From positions 3,133 through 67,132 of the forward strand of contig JAEUHV010000081.1 of assembly GCA_016794485.1 (NCBI GenBank): a stretch of 64,000 bases of DNA, in the 5' to 3' direction. Shown here piece after piece: positions 9,737-19,485 of the stretch. The translations under genes were made by a program, and so were the position numbers. The notes beneath the pieces are model-generated. The model saw only the letters and a program-made list of their open reading frames with translations. It made no database searches and was not told the DNA's origin. Positions within the stretch are counted from its first letter, which is position 1. Each line of letters begins with the position of its first letter. This stretch comes from Planctomycetota bacterium (GTDB lineage Bacteria; Planctomycetota; UBA1135; UBA2386).

Positions 9737-11509
9737 TCACTCCATCAGCGCGCGCGCATCGGCCGGCAGCACGACCACCAACCCGGCGAGGCTCCTGCCC
9801 TTCGCCGCGCCGGTCGCCGCTGGCGCCAGGGCGCCGAGCACCAGGTCGCCAGGCCGCAGCTGCGCACAGGCCGCGGGCGCCGCGGCGATCCAGTGGTCGG
9901 AGCCGTCGTCGTCGCGGGCCCCGAAGCCGTCCTTGCCGACTTCGTCGACTTCGAGGATGCCCGGCCGCAAGCGCCCGGTCGCCTGGCTGCTGAGTCCGAT
10001 CCCCGCCGCTTGCAGCCGCTCGAGCTGGTCGAGCAGGGGCCCCTGGCAACCGCCAGGCACGTCGCCGAGCGACAGTTCCTGCTCCCGGGTGGCCCATTCG
10101 TAGAAGGCGCGCACCTCGGCAAACGCCGCCCGCACGGCGTTCGCCCGCTGCGGCGGGGAACTGCCGAGGTAGACGTGCAGCAACAGGCGCATCAGGTCGG
10201 TGGTCGTCACCTGCTCGAGGTCGCGGTGCGGCAGCGGCGCGTTCTGCTGCAATTCGGCGAACAGCCGCAACGGGGCGGCGGCCGGGTCGGCGCTGCGCTG
10301 CCGCTCCCAGAGGTACTCCTCGACCAGGGGACCGAGGTCGCCGTCGCCGGCGTCGTCCTCGCCGCGCGCTGGCGGCAGCGGGTCGGTGTCCGCATCGTCC
10401 TCGTCGTCGTCGAACGCCCTCGTGTCGTCGGCAGGCTCGTCGTCGTCGGCGTTCGCAGCCGCGGGACGCAGCAAGGCGGCGTCGTCCTCGTCCTCGGGAT
10501 CGGGCTCGATGCCGGCCATGCGCTCGAGCTGCGCGAAGATCTCGCCGACGTCGCGCTTCTGCGACAGGCCTTCGTCGAGCGTGCGCACCAGCCGCTCGCC
10601 GAGCGTCTCGCCGGGCAACGCCGTGCCGGGATCGACCTCGGCGGCCGGCGGCTCGCCGACGTGGTGCGCGTTCCAGATCTCGAGCATGAGGCTCCGCACC
10701 CGGTCCAGGTCGACCACCGTGTCGAATGCGAGCTGGTCGAGCCACGGTCCGAGCAGTGGCCCTGGCCGCGCTGCGTTCGCCAATTGCTGGCTCACGTCGG
10801 CAGCGGACAGATCGCTGTTGGCCGCCGCGAGCACGCGCTCGAGGTCGGCTTCGAGATGCTCCAGCGGCACCGCCGGCGACGCGACGGCGGCGGGCACCAC
10901 GGCTGCCACGGCCTGCAGGCCCGTCTGCGGCGCCGCCCGGTGCCGATGCAGCAGGAGGTGCTCGAGCTCGACCTGGAACAGGCGACGTTCGAGCTGCAGG
11001 CGCTTCAGGTCACGCTGGAACGCCTGCGCGAGTTCGACTCCCGGACGAAAGATCGCCAACGCCGTGGACGGCAGCCAACGCCCACCACCCACTTCGTAGA
11101 TCCGCCCGACGAGCATGTCGCCGGCCTGCAGCGTGCCCGGGGGCACCACCAGTTCGAGGTCGCTGCCGTCCTGCAGGTCGCGGGCGACGACGGCGCCGCC
11201 GACGTTGGGTTGCACGACGAACACCCCCACCAGCGTTTCCGGCAGGGTCTCCGCGAGCACATCGAACGGCGGCAGATCGCGCGGCACGCCCGCGAGCACG
11301 TCGCTTTCCCGCTCGAGCAGGAACCACTCGTGGAAGCGCCGTTCGGCCGCGTCGGCGGCGCCCGGAACGACGGCGGTCGAGCCGTCGGCTCCGGCCGGGA
11401 AGAACTCACGGCGGGCTCGCAGCAGTTCGGCCCGCAGGCGCGGCTCCTGTTGCAGGATCTGCGCCAGCTCGGCGACGACGCGTTCGGGCTCGGCCTCTTG
11501 CTCGGTCAT
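9737..11509 (-). CDS. acidic hypothetical protein
   Basis: Track ORF 9737..11599. I prefer internal ATG 11509 (MTEQEAEPERV) because it leaves about 90 bp for divergent promoters with cvpA. Contains a long Asp/Glu-rich linker. Confidence 0.45.
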   Translation of the reverse strand: MTEQEAEPERVVAELAQILQQEPRLRAELLRARREFFPAGADGSTAVVPGAADAAERRFHEWFLLERESDVLAGVPRDLPPFDVLAETLPETLVGVFVVQPNVGGAVVARDLQDGSDLELVVPPGTLQAGDMLVGRIYEVGGGRWLPSTALAIFRPGVELAQAFQRDLKRLQLERRLFQVELEHLLLHRHRAAPQTGLQAVAAVVPAAVASPAVPLEHLEADLERVLAAANSDLSAADVSQQLANAARPGPLLGPWLDQLAFDTVVDLDRVRSLMLEIWNAHHVGEPPAAEVDPGTALPGETLGERLVRTLDEGLSQKRDVGEIFAQLERMAGIEPDPEDEDDAALLRPAAANADDDEPADDTRAFDDDEDDADTDPLPPARGEDDAGDGDLGPLVEEYLWERQRSADPAAAPLRLFAELQQNAPLPHRDLEQVTTTDLMRLLLHVYLGSSPPQRANAVRAAFAEVRAFYEWATREQELSLGDVPGGCQGPLLDQLERLQAAGIGLSSQATGRLRPGILEVDEVGKDGFGARDDDGSDHWIAAAPAACAQLRPGDLVLGALAPAATGAAKGRSLAGLVVVLPADARALME

Positions 11510-11601
11510 GCAATCGGCAAGGGTCGCGCCAAGTCCAGCCGAAAGCAACCGCCGCGGACCGAGGGCTCGCGCCGCAGCCGCGCGCTGGGCATGATGCACG
11601 G

Positions 11602-12336
11602 GTGAACCTGCTGCCGCAGGACGCCATCGGTCAGGCGTCGACGAACCAGGGAGCCCTCCAACTCGTCCAGGACTTGGGCTACGTGGACTACACCGCGCTG
11701 GGCGTGCTGGCGGTGTTCTGCGTGATCGGCCTGTTCAAGGGCCTCATCTGGCAGGTCAGCCGCATCGCGATCCTGGTCGCCGCCTATGTCGTGGCCGGGC
11801 GCTTCGGCAACGAACTCGCGACGCTGCTGGCCGGCACCCCGGCCGGCGGCACGGTCGACGGCGGCACCACCGCGTCGGAGACGACGATCTATCTCGCCTA
11901 CACCCTGCTGTTCGTCGCCGTGCTCGTGGCCCTGAGCCTGCTGGCGATCCTGGTGCAGAAGCTCGCCCGGAAGGCAGGGCTCGGATTCTTCGACCGCCTC
12001 GGTGGCGGTGTCGTCGGCATCGCCACCGGTGCCTGCGTGGTCCTGTTCGCGATGTTCGTGGTGCACATGTTCTTCCGCAACAGCCCGTTGGCCAACGCGG
12101 CCGAGGCGTCGCAGTCGATGCACTGGTCGCGCCGTGCCATCGACGCACTCGGCGACAAGGTGCCCGACGACCTGCGCGTGGTGTTCAAGTTGCAACCGTT
12201 GCACCCGCCCACCCCGGGCGCAGTGCAACCGAACCCGGCCACGAACCCGGAGGCTCCGAATGGCCCCGGTGTGGCTCCCGTGACCGGCCCGCGGCCGCCG
12301 GTCGAGATCCCGGGTCCCGGCGGCGAACGCAAGTAG
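11602..12336 (+). CDS. cvpA: CvpA-family membrane protein
   Basis: GTG 11602 in the frame of track ORF 10726..12336. Several TM helices and CvpA-like patterns (GLFKGLIWQVSRIAILVAAYVVA; FFDRLGGGVVGIATGACVVLF). Confidence 0.55.
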   Translation: MNLLPQDAIGQASTNQGALQLVQDLGYVDYTALGVLAVFCVIGLFKGLIWQVSRIAILVAAYVVAGRFGNELATLLAGTPAGGTVDGGTTASETTIYLAYTLLFVAVLVALSLLAILVQKLARKAGLGFFDRLGGGVVGIATGACVVLFAMFVVHMFFRNSPLANAAEASQSMHWSRRAIDALGDKVPDDLRVVFKLQPLHPPTPGAVQPNPATNPEAPNGPGVAPVTGPRPPVEIPGPGGERK

Positions 12337-12413
12337 GTCGCGCCACGCCGGGCCCCGACGCGCTCGATCTTGGCTCTTGCCAGCCGCGCGTTCCTGCCCG
12401 ATCCTGTTCACCC

Positions 12414-14072
<1,659 letters not shown>

Positions 14073-14075
14073 GCC

Positions 14076-15257
14076 CTAGCCGCCGGCGGCTGCCGGCGGC
14101 ACCACCGGCAGCTCGACCCAGAACGTGCTGCCGCGGCCGAGTTCGCTCTCGACCCCGACTTCGCCGCCGAGGCCCTTCACGGTGTTCTTGACGATCGACA
14201 GGCCGAGCCCCGTGCCGCCGAGTTCGCGCGAGCGGGCGCGGTCGACCCGGTAGAACCGTTCGAACACGCGGTCGCAGTCCTCGGGCGACAGGCCGATGCC
14301 GGTGTCGCGCACCTCCAGGCGCAGCCGTTCGCCGCGCGCCGCGAGCACGACGTCGACGCGGCCGCCGCTCGGCGTGTACTTGATCGCGTTGTCGACCAGG
14401 TTGCCGACGACCTGCCGCAACGCCTCACGTTCGCCGGCGACCAGGAGGGCCGGCTCGGGCAGTTCGGGGTGCAGCTGCACCGCGCGCTTCTCCGCCAACG
14501 GCAGGAGGTCGCGCACGGTGTCCTGGACGACCGTCTGCACGTGGACCGGTTCGGCCTCGCCGACCGTGCGTCCTTCGTCGTCGAGCCGCGACAAGGTGAG
14601 CAGGTCGGCGACCAGGGTCGCCAGCCGCGCCGTCTGCACGGCGATGCGGTCGAGGAACCGCAGCCGCGTCGCAACCGGCATGTCCGGATCGTCCTGCAGC
14701 GTCTCGACGAATCCCTGGATCGCCGCGAGCGGCGTCTTCAATTCGTGCGACACGTTGGCGACGAAGTCACGCCGCAGCGACTCGAGCCGCCGCAACCGGC
14801 TCTGGTCGTCGATTCCGACCACGGCCCCGAGCCCCTTCATGCCGAGCACCCGCACCAGCAGCACGCGGCCGCCGCCCGCGTCGGCGTCGAGTTCGAAGGT
14901 CTCCAACCGGCCCGAGGCGAGCGTCGCCAGCAGCGCCCGCTGCAGGCCCGGCCACGACAACACGTCGACGAGCGAACGGCCGGCAAGGTGCTCCGACAGG
15001 TGCGCCAACTGCGACGCCACCGCGTTCGCGGCGACGATCCGGCCGTCGGCATCGAGCACCATCAGGCCATCGCTGGCGCCTTCCAGGGCTGCCACCAACC
15101 GGCTCCTGTCGGTCTCGGCGCGCTGCAGCACGTGCCTGAGTTCGGCGAGCCCGGCCCCGGCAGCGAGCGCTTCCCGGCGCGCGCGGGTCCAGGCCAGCAA
15201 GGCGGCGGCGAGGGCCACCGCCAGCACCACGGCGAGAACGGTCATGGCGCGACCCAT
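14076..15257 (-). CDS. phoR: PhoR-like sensor histidine kinase (TM, PAS, HisKA, HATPase_c)
   Basis: H-box FVANVSHELKTPLAAIQGF; N box NLVDNAIKYTP; G boxes DTGIGL and GGTGLGLSIV. Lies immediately downstream of the PhoB-like regulator. Confidence 0.65.
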   Translation of the reverse strand: MGRAMTVLAVVLAVALAAALLAWTRARREALAAGAGLAELRHVLQRAETDRSRLVAALEGASDGLMVLDADGRIVAANAVASQLAHLSEHLAGRSLVDVLSWPGLQRALLATLASGRLETFELDADAGGGRVLLVRVLGMKGLGAVVGIDDQSRLRRLESLRRDFVANVSHELKTPLAAIQGFVETLQDDPDMPVATRLRFLDRIAVQTARLATLVADLLTLSRLDDEGRTVGEAEPVHVQTVVQDTVRDLLPLAEKRAVQLHPELPEPALLVAGEREALRQVVGNLVDNAIKYTPSGGRVDVVLAARGERLRLEVRDTGIGLSPEDCDRVFERFYRVDRARSRELGGTGLGLSIVKNTVKGLGGEVGVESELGRGSTFWVELPVVPPAAAGG

Positions 15258-15281
15258 GGCCGGTGCAGGACCGGCTTCCGT

Positions 15282-15983
15282 TCACTTGGCGGCGGCATCG
15301 GCGAAACGATACCCGACGCCGCGCACGGTCTCGATGCAGGCCCCGTGGTCGCCAAGCTTCTGCCGCAGCGCCCGCACGTGCACATCGATGTTGCGGTCGG
15401 TGACGATGGCGTCTTCGCCGATCACGCGGCTCAGCAGGTGGGCCCGCGGGAACACACGCCCGGGGTGCGACGCCAGGAAGTGCAGCAGCCGCATCTCGGT
15501 CGGTGTCAGGGTCACCGGCAGCTCGGCGATCTTGGCCTCGTGCCGGCCGAGGTCGATCGCCAGCTGGCCACGAACGACGCGTTCGCCACCGCCACTCTGG
15601 TCCTTCAGCGGGCCACGCCGCAGCACGACCTTGACGCGTGCGACCAGTTCGCGCGGACTGAACGGCTTGGCGATGTAGTCGTCGGCGCCGATGCCGAGGC
15701 CGAGCACGATGTCGCTCTCCTCGCCCTTGGCGGTGACCATGATGATCGGGATCGCGCGCGTGACCGGATCGGACTTCACCTGCCGGCACACCTCGACGCC
15801 GTCCATGCCGGGCAGCATCAGGTCGAGGATCACCAGGTCGGGGTTGTCGGTGCGGATGCGACTGAGTCCCTGCTCGCCGTTGCGGCAGGCGATCACCTTG
15901 TTGCCTTCGCGCTCGAGGTTGTAGGTGATGACCTCGAGGATGTCGGGCTCGTCTTCTACGACCAGGATCTTGGGCTTGGCCAC
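15282..15983 (-). CDS. phoB: PhoB-like OmpR-family response regulator
   Basis: Receiver domain (ILVVEDE..DLVILDLMLPGMDG..ADDYIAKPFSPRELVARVKVVLRR) plus a winged-helix C-terminus (TVRGVGYRF). Confidence 0.7.
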   Translation of the reverse strand: MAKPKILVVEDEPDILEVITYNLEREGNKVIACRNGEQGLSRIRTDNPDLVILDLMLPGMDGVEVCRQVKSDPVTRAIPIIMVTAKGEESDIVLGLGIGADDYIAKPFSPRELVARVKVVLRRGPLKDQSGGGERVVRGQLAIDLGRHEAKIAELPVTLTPTEMRLLHFLASHPGRVFPRAHLLSRVIGEDAIVTDRNIDVHVRALRQKLGDHGACIETVRGVGYRFADAAAK

Positions 15984-16060
15984 GGTAGGGTGCGGTTGGG
16001 TCGGCTTCGGGAACCGCGAGACAAGCTACCGTGAATCGAGAAGATTCCGTGAAGGCGGGC

Positions 16061-16681
16061 TCAAGCTTGCATGGCATCCGACACGGTCGGCACGGCTACC
16101 TCGAGCGTGGTGCCGTGCCCGAGCACCCGGACACCGTGCCGCTCCGCCGCCACGATGTGCCGCACGGTCGCGGCGGCCGCGTCGATGGCAAGGGGAAATG
16201 GCAGGCTGCCGCTGGGCGTCCGGAACGTGACCGCCACGTGGGCGTGGGTCCCATCGGTGGCGACCACCACGTGGATGTGGCCCGTGACCCCGTGCGGCAC
16301 CACCGTGAGCACCGCCTGCACCGCGCCGACCAGGGCAGGCACGAACGCCCCCAATTCGACCTTTCCACCGGCTCCGCCCGGGCACCGGTGGTCGAGGGTG
16401 TGGCCGGCTTCGCGCACCGGCACCCGCATCAATTCGAGCAGTTGCCCGGTCGCGTCGGCCGCAGGCAGCCAGCTGCTGCCGGGTTCGCCGAGCAGGTGGC
16501 GGAACAGCTGCAGGCAGGCCGCCCCCCGCGCGCACGCCGCGGTGATCGCGGTTCGCCCGCGCTCCAGCGAGTCACCGTCGAGCACGACCGCGTGGCCCTG
16601 GATCGTGAACAGCAGATTGCCGAACTGGTGCACGAGGCCAGACGACAGGAACGCGACGGGATCGGGCAGAGCGGAGTTCAC
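16061..16681 (-). CDS. ChpT-like histidine phosphotransferase / degenerate kinase core
   Basis: This is the 3' part of the long track ORF 16061..19372. The first plausible start is GTG 16681. H-box-like LVHQFGNLLFTIQG is followed by a CA-like region lacking obvious N/G1/G2 ATP-binding boxes. The start is uncertain. Confidence 0.4.
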   Translation of the reverse strand: MNSALPDPVAFLSSGLVHQFGNLLFTIQGHAVVLDGDSLERGRTAITAACARGAACLQLFRHLLGEPGSSWLPAADATGQLLELMRVPVREAGHTLDHRCPGGAGGKVELGAFVPALVGAVQAVLTVVPHGVTGHIHVVVATDGTHAHVAVTFRTPSGSLPFPLAIDAAAATVRHIVAAERHGVRVLGHGTTLEVAVPTVSDAMQA

Positions 16682-16749
16682 GACGGGACGCCCATGCTGC
16701 CCGAAGGCGGCGCCGCGGCCAAGCCACCAACCCGCGAGATCCGCGGCGG

Positions 16750-17847
16750 CTAGCCCGGCGGCCGCACGTCGGCTTCGCCGAGCACCGCGACGATCGGGTC
16801 GGCCAGGCTGCCCTGGCGCAGGACCTGCAGCGCAACCTGGGTACCCGGAGGGGTGCGCACGATGCACTCGTGCAACGACTGCGCGTCGCGCACCGGTACG
16901 CCGTTGACCCCGAGCACGATGTCGCCGCTCAGCAATCCGGCGCGCTGCGCCGGCTGGCCGTCGAGAACCTGGGTCACCACGGCGCCGTCGAGGCCGTTGC
17001 CGCTGTCGTCGACGCCGCGCACGCTCGCGAACTGGATGCCGAGGAAGCCGCGGCGCACGCGGCCGTCGGCGCACGACTGCATTTGCGACAACGCCCACTT
17101 CACCGAGTGGCCGGGTACGGCGAACGAGATGCCTTGCGCCTCGACCGGTGCCTGCGTGGTCACCCCCACCACGCGGCCGCGCTGGTCGACCACCGGGCAG
17201 CCCGAGTTGCCGGGATTCACCGGCGCGCTGATCTGCAGGAAGTCGTTGGTGAACGCACAGTCGCTGTGCATCAGGTGTCGGCCGACGAAGCTCACGATGC
17301 CCGCGGTCACGGTCTGCGCGAGGCCGAGCGGATTGCCGACCGTGACGATCCAGTCGCCGGCCTGCAGGTCGTTGCCGTCGGCGAGCGGCAGCGCCACCAG
17401 ATCGTCGGGCGCATCGACCAGCCGCAACAACGCCAGGTCGGTCGCGCGGTCCTCGCCGACGATCTCCGCGACGAACGGGCCATGGCCGGGCACGATCACC
17501 TCGACGTCGTCGGCGTCGACCACGACGTGGCGACTCGTCAGCACGAGTCCCTTCGCCTGCACGACGAAGCCCGAGCCGGAACGTTCGCGCGGCCGCGGTT
17601 GGGTCGTCTTGGCCAACCGCAGTGCTTGCACGGTCACCACGCCTGGACCGATCGCGCGCACCACGGGCGCGAACGACGGCAGGCCCTCGCTCTCGCTCCG
17701 GCCCGAAGCCAGAGCCGGCGCCGGGGGTGGATCCTGCCACGGCTGCTCGCGTGCCGCGCGCGGCCAGGCGAGACCGAGCCCGAGGCCGACGACGAGGCAG
17801 CTGGCACCACCCAGCAACGAAACCCGCAACGAGTTCCGGTCGACCAT
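16750..17847 (-). CDS. HtrA/DegP-family serine protease with PDZ domain
   Basis: Trypsin-like triad contexts HVVVDADD, DLALLRL, GNSGCPVV, followed by a PDZ (GFLGIQF...GDIVLGVNG). ATG 17847 gives a TM/signal start, MVDRNSLRVSLLGGASCLVVGLGL. Confidence 0.8.
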   Translation of the reverse strand: MVDRNSLRVSLLGGASCLVVGLGLGLAWPRAAREQPWQDPPPAPALASGRSESEGLPSFAPVVRAIGPGVVTVQALRLAKTTQPRPRERSGSGFVVQAKGLVLTSRHVVVDADDVEVIVPGHGPFVAEIVGEDRATDLALLRLVDAPDDLVALPLADGNDLQAGDWIVTVGNPLGLAQTVTAGIVSFVGRHLMHSDCAFTNDFLQISAPVNPGNSGCPVVDQRGRVVGVTTQAPVEAQGISFAVPGHSVKWALSQMQSCADGRVRRGFLGIQFASVRGVDDSGNGLDGAVVTQVLDGQPAQRAGLLSGDIVLGVNGVPVRDAQSLHECIVRTPPGTQVALQVLRQGSLADPIVAVLGEADVRPPG

Positions 17848-17977
17848 GGCGCGGCAGCGTAGCCGGGCGCGGCGGTGCGGCCAGTCCCCCCCTCGCCAAG
17901 GCAGTTGCCATCGGCCAGGAAGGTTGCCTTGCCCCACGATCGCATGCGTCGCGCGCCTCCAGTAGCGTCCGGCCCCG

Positions 17978-19474
17978 ATGGCAACCGCCTACGACGCGCT
18001 GCACGCCCACCTGCGTGCGACTTCCCTGCTCGGTTCGACTGCGGCCCTGCTGGCCTGGGACCAGGAAACCCAGATGCCGCACGGGGCCGGCGACCGCCGC
18101 GCCGAACAGCTGGCACAGCTCGCCGAACTCCAGCACCAACGCATGGTCGACGCCCGCGTGGCCGACTGGCTGGCCGCGTGCGAAAGCGACCCCCGCGTGC
18201 AACAGGACGCCGATCGCCACGCGAACGTGCGCGAATGGCGGCGCGACCACACCCGCGCCACGCGGCTGCCCGGCCGCCTGGTCGCCGAGTTGGCGGAGGT
18301 CGAGAGCAAGGCGCAGCAGGCGTGGGCCTCGGCGCGGGCCAAGGACTCGTTCCACCAGTTCCGTCCCTGGCTCGAACGCATGGTGGCGTTGCAGCAGCAG
18401 AAGGCCGACTGCCTCAAGACCAGCGGCCAGGCGCGCTGGGACGCGCTGGCGGACCTCTACGAGCCGGGCATGAACGCCGCCGACCTGCGGGCCCTGTTCG
18501 CGCCGCTGCGCACGGCCCTGGTGGCGCTGCGCGACAAGCTGCGCGGTGGCGCGCGGCCCGACGACCGCTTCGCGCGCCAGCCGATCGACGAAAGCAAGCA
18601 GGAGGCGTTCGTGCGCGCGGTGCTGGCCGCGATGGGCTTCGACCCCGCGCGCGGCCGGCTCGACCGCAGCGCGCATCCGTTCTGCACGCGTGTCGGCGCC
18701 GACGTTCGCCTCACCACGCGCTTCCGGCCCGACGCGGTGCTCGACGCGCTCGGTTCGACGATGCACGAGGGCGGCCACGGCCTGTACGAACAAGGGCTCG
18801 AGGACACCCACTTCGGCACGCCGCTCGGCGAGGCGGTCTCGCTCGGCATCCACGAGAGCCAGAGCCGGTTGTGGGAGAACCACGTCGGCCGCTCGGCGGC
18901 GTTCTGGCGCTGGTGCCTGCCGGTGGCGCAGAAGCAGCTCGGCACGTTCGCCGACGCCACCGCCGACGACTTGTTCCGCGCAGTGAACGTCGTGAAGCCG
19001 AGCCTGATCCGTGTCGAGGCCGACGAGGCGACCTACGACCTGCACGTGATGGTGCGCTTCGAACTCGAACAACAGCTCATCGACGGCCAGCTCGGCGTCG
19101 CCAACCTGCCCGGCGAGTGGAACCGCCTCTACCGCGACTACCTCGGCATCGCAGTACCCGACGACAAACACGGCTGCCTGCAGGACGTGCACTGGTCGTG
19201 CGGCCTGTTCGGCTACTTCCCGACCTACACGCTCGGCAACCTGTACGCGGCGCAGTTCACCGCGGCGGCGGACAAGGCGCTGGGCGGCCTGGCTGCGCTG
19301 GTCGAACGCGGCCAGTTCGCGACCTTGCGCGAATGGCTGCGGCGGCAGATCCACCGCCACGGCCGCCGGCACTCCCCGGCCGAGCTGTGTCGGCTGGTCA
19401 CCGGTGCGCCGCTGTCACCCGCACCGTTCCTGCAGCACCTCGAACAGAAACTCGCGGCCGTGTACCGGCTGTGA
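17978..19474 (+). CDS. M32 (Taq-type) metallocarboxypeptidase
   Basis: HEXXH motif as MHEGGHGLYEQG. Other family-typical blocks: HPF, IRVEADEATYDLH, DVHWS.G.FGYFPTY. Confidence 0.85.
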   Translation: MATAYDALHAHLRATSLLGSTAALLAWDQETQMPHGAGDRRAEQLAQLAELQHQRMVDARVADWLAACESDPRVQQDADRHANVREWRRDHTRATRLPGRLVAELAEVESKAQQAWASARAKDSFHQFRPWLERMVALQQQKADCLKTSGQARWDALADLYEPGMNAADLRALFAPLRTALVALRDKLRGGARPDDRFARQPIDESKQEAFVRAVLAAMGFDPARGRLDRSAHPFCTRVGADVRLTTRFRPDAVLDALGSTMHEGGHGLYEQGLEDTHFGTPLGEAVSLGIHESQSRLWENHVGRSAAFWRWCLPVAQKQLGTFADATADDLFRAVNVVKPSLIRVEADEATYDLHVMVRFELEQQLIDGQLGVANLPGEWNRLYRDYLGIAVPDDKHGCLQDVHWSCGLFGYFPTYTLGNLYAAQFTAAADKALGGLAALVERGQFATLREWLRRQIHRHGRRHSPAELCRLVTGAPLSPAPFLQHLEQKLAAVYRL

Positions 19475-19485
19475 CGGAGGCCGCG

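Noticed and set aside
16029-16053. Direct repeat CCGTGAA at 16029 and 16047, upstream of phoB, as a Pho box.
   Set aside because: The 18-bp spacing does not fit the 11-bp periodicity of PhoB/OmpR-family boxes. Two copies of a 7-mer is weak evidence.
16061-19372. Very long ORFs antisense to or overlapping well-supported genes (e.g. 16061..19372 -, 47479..51723 -, 37448..40399 -, 56015..58927 -, 6219..9620 +, 5716..7833 -, 3387..4832 -).
   Set aside because: Their translations are Arg/Ala/Gly/Pro-rich low-complexity sequence, as expected from stop-codon-poor antisense frames in very GC-rich DNA. The opposite or alternative frames carry recognisable protein families. Only the 3' end of 16061..19372 was kept, as a tentative gene.
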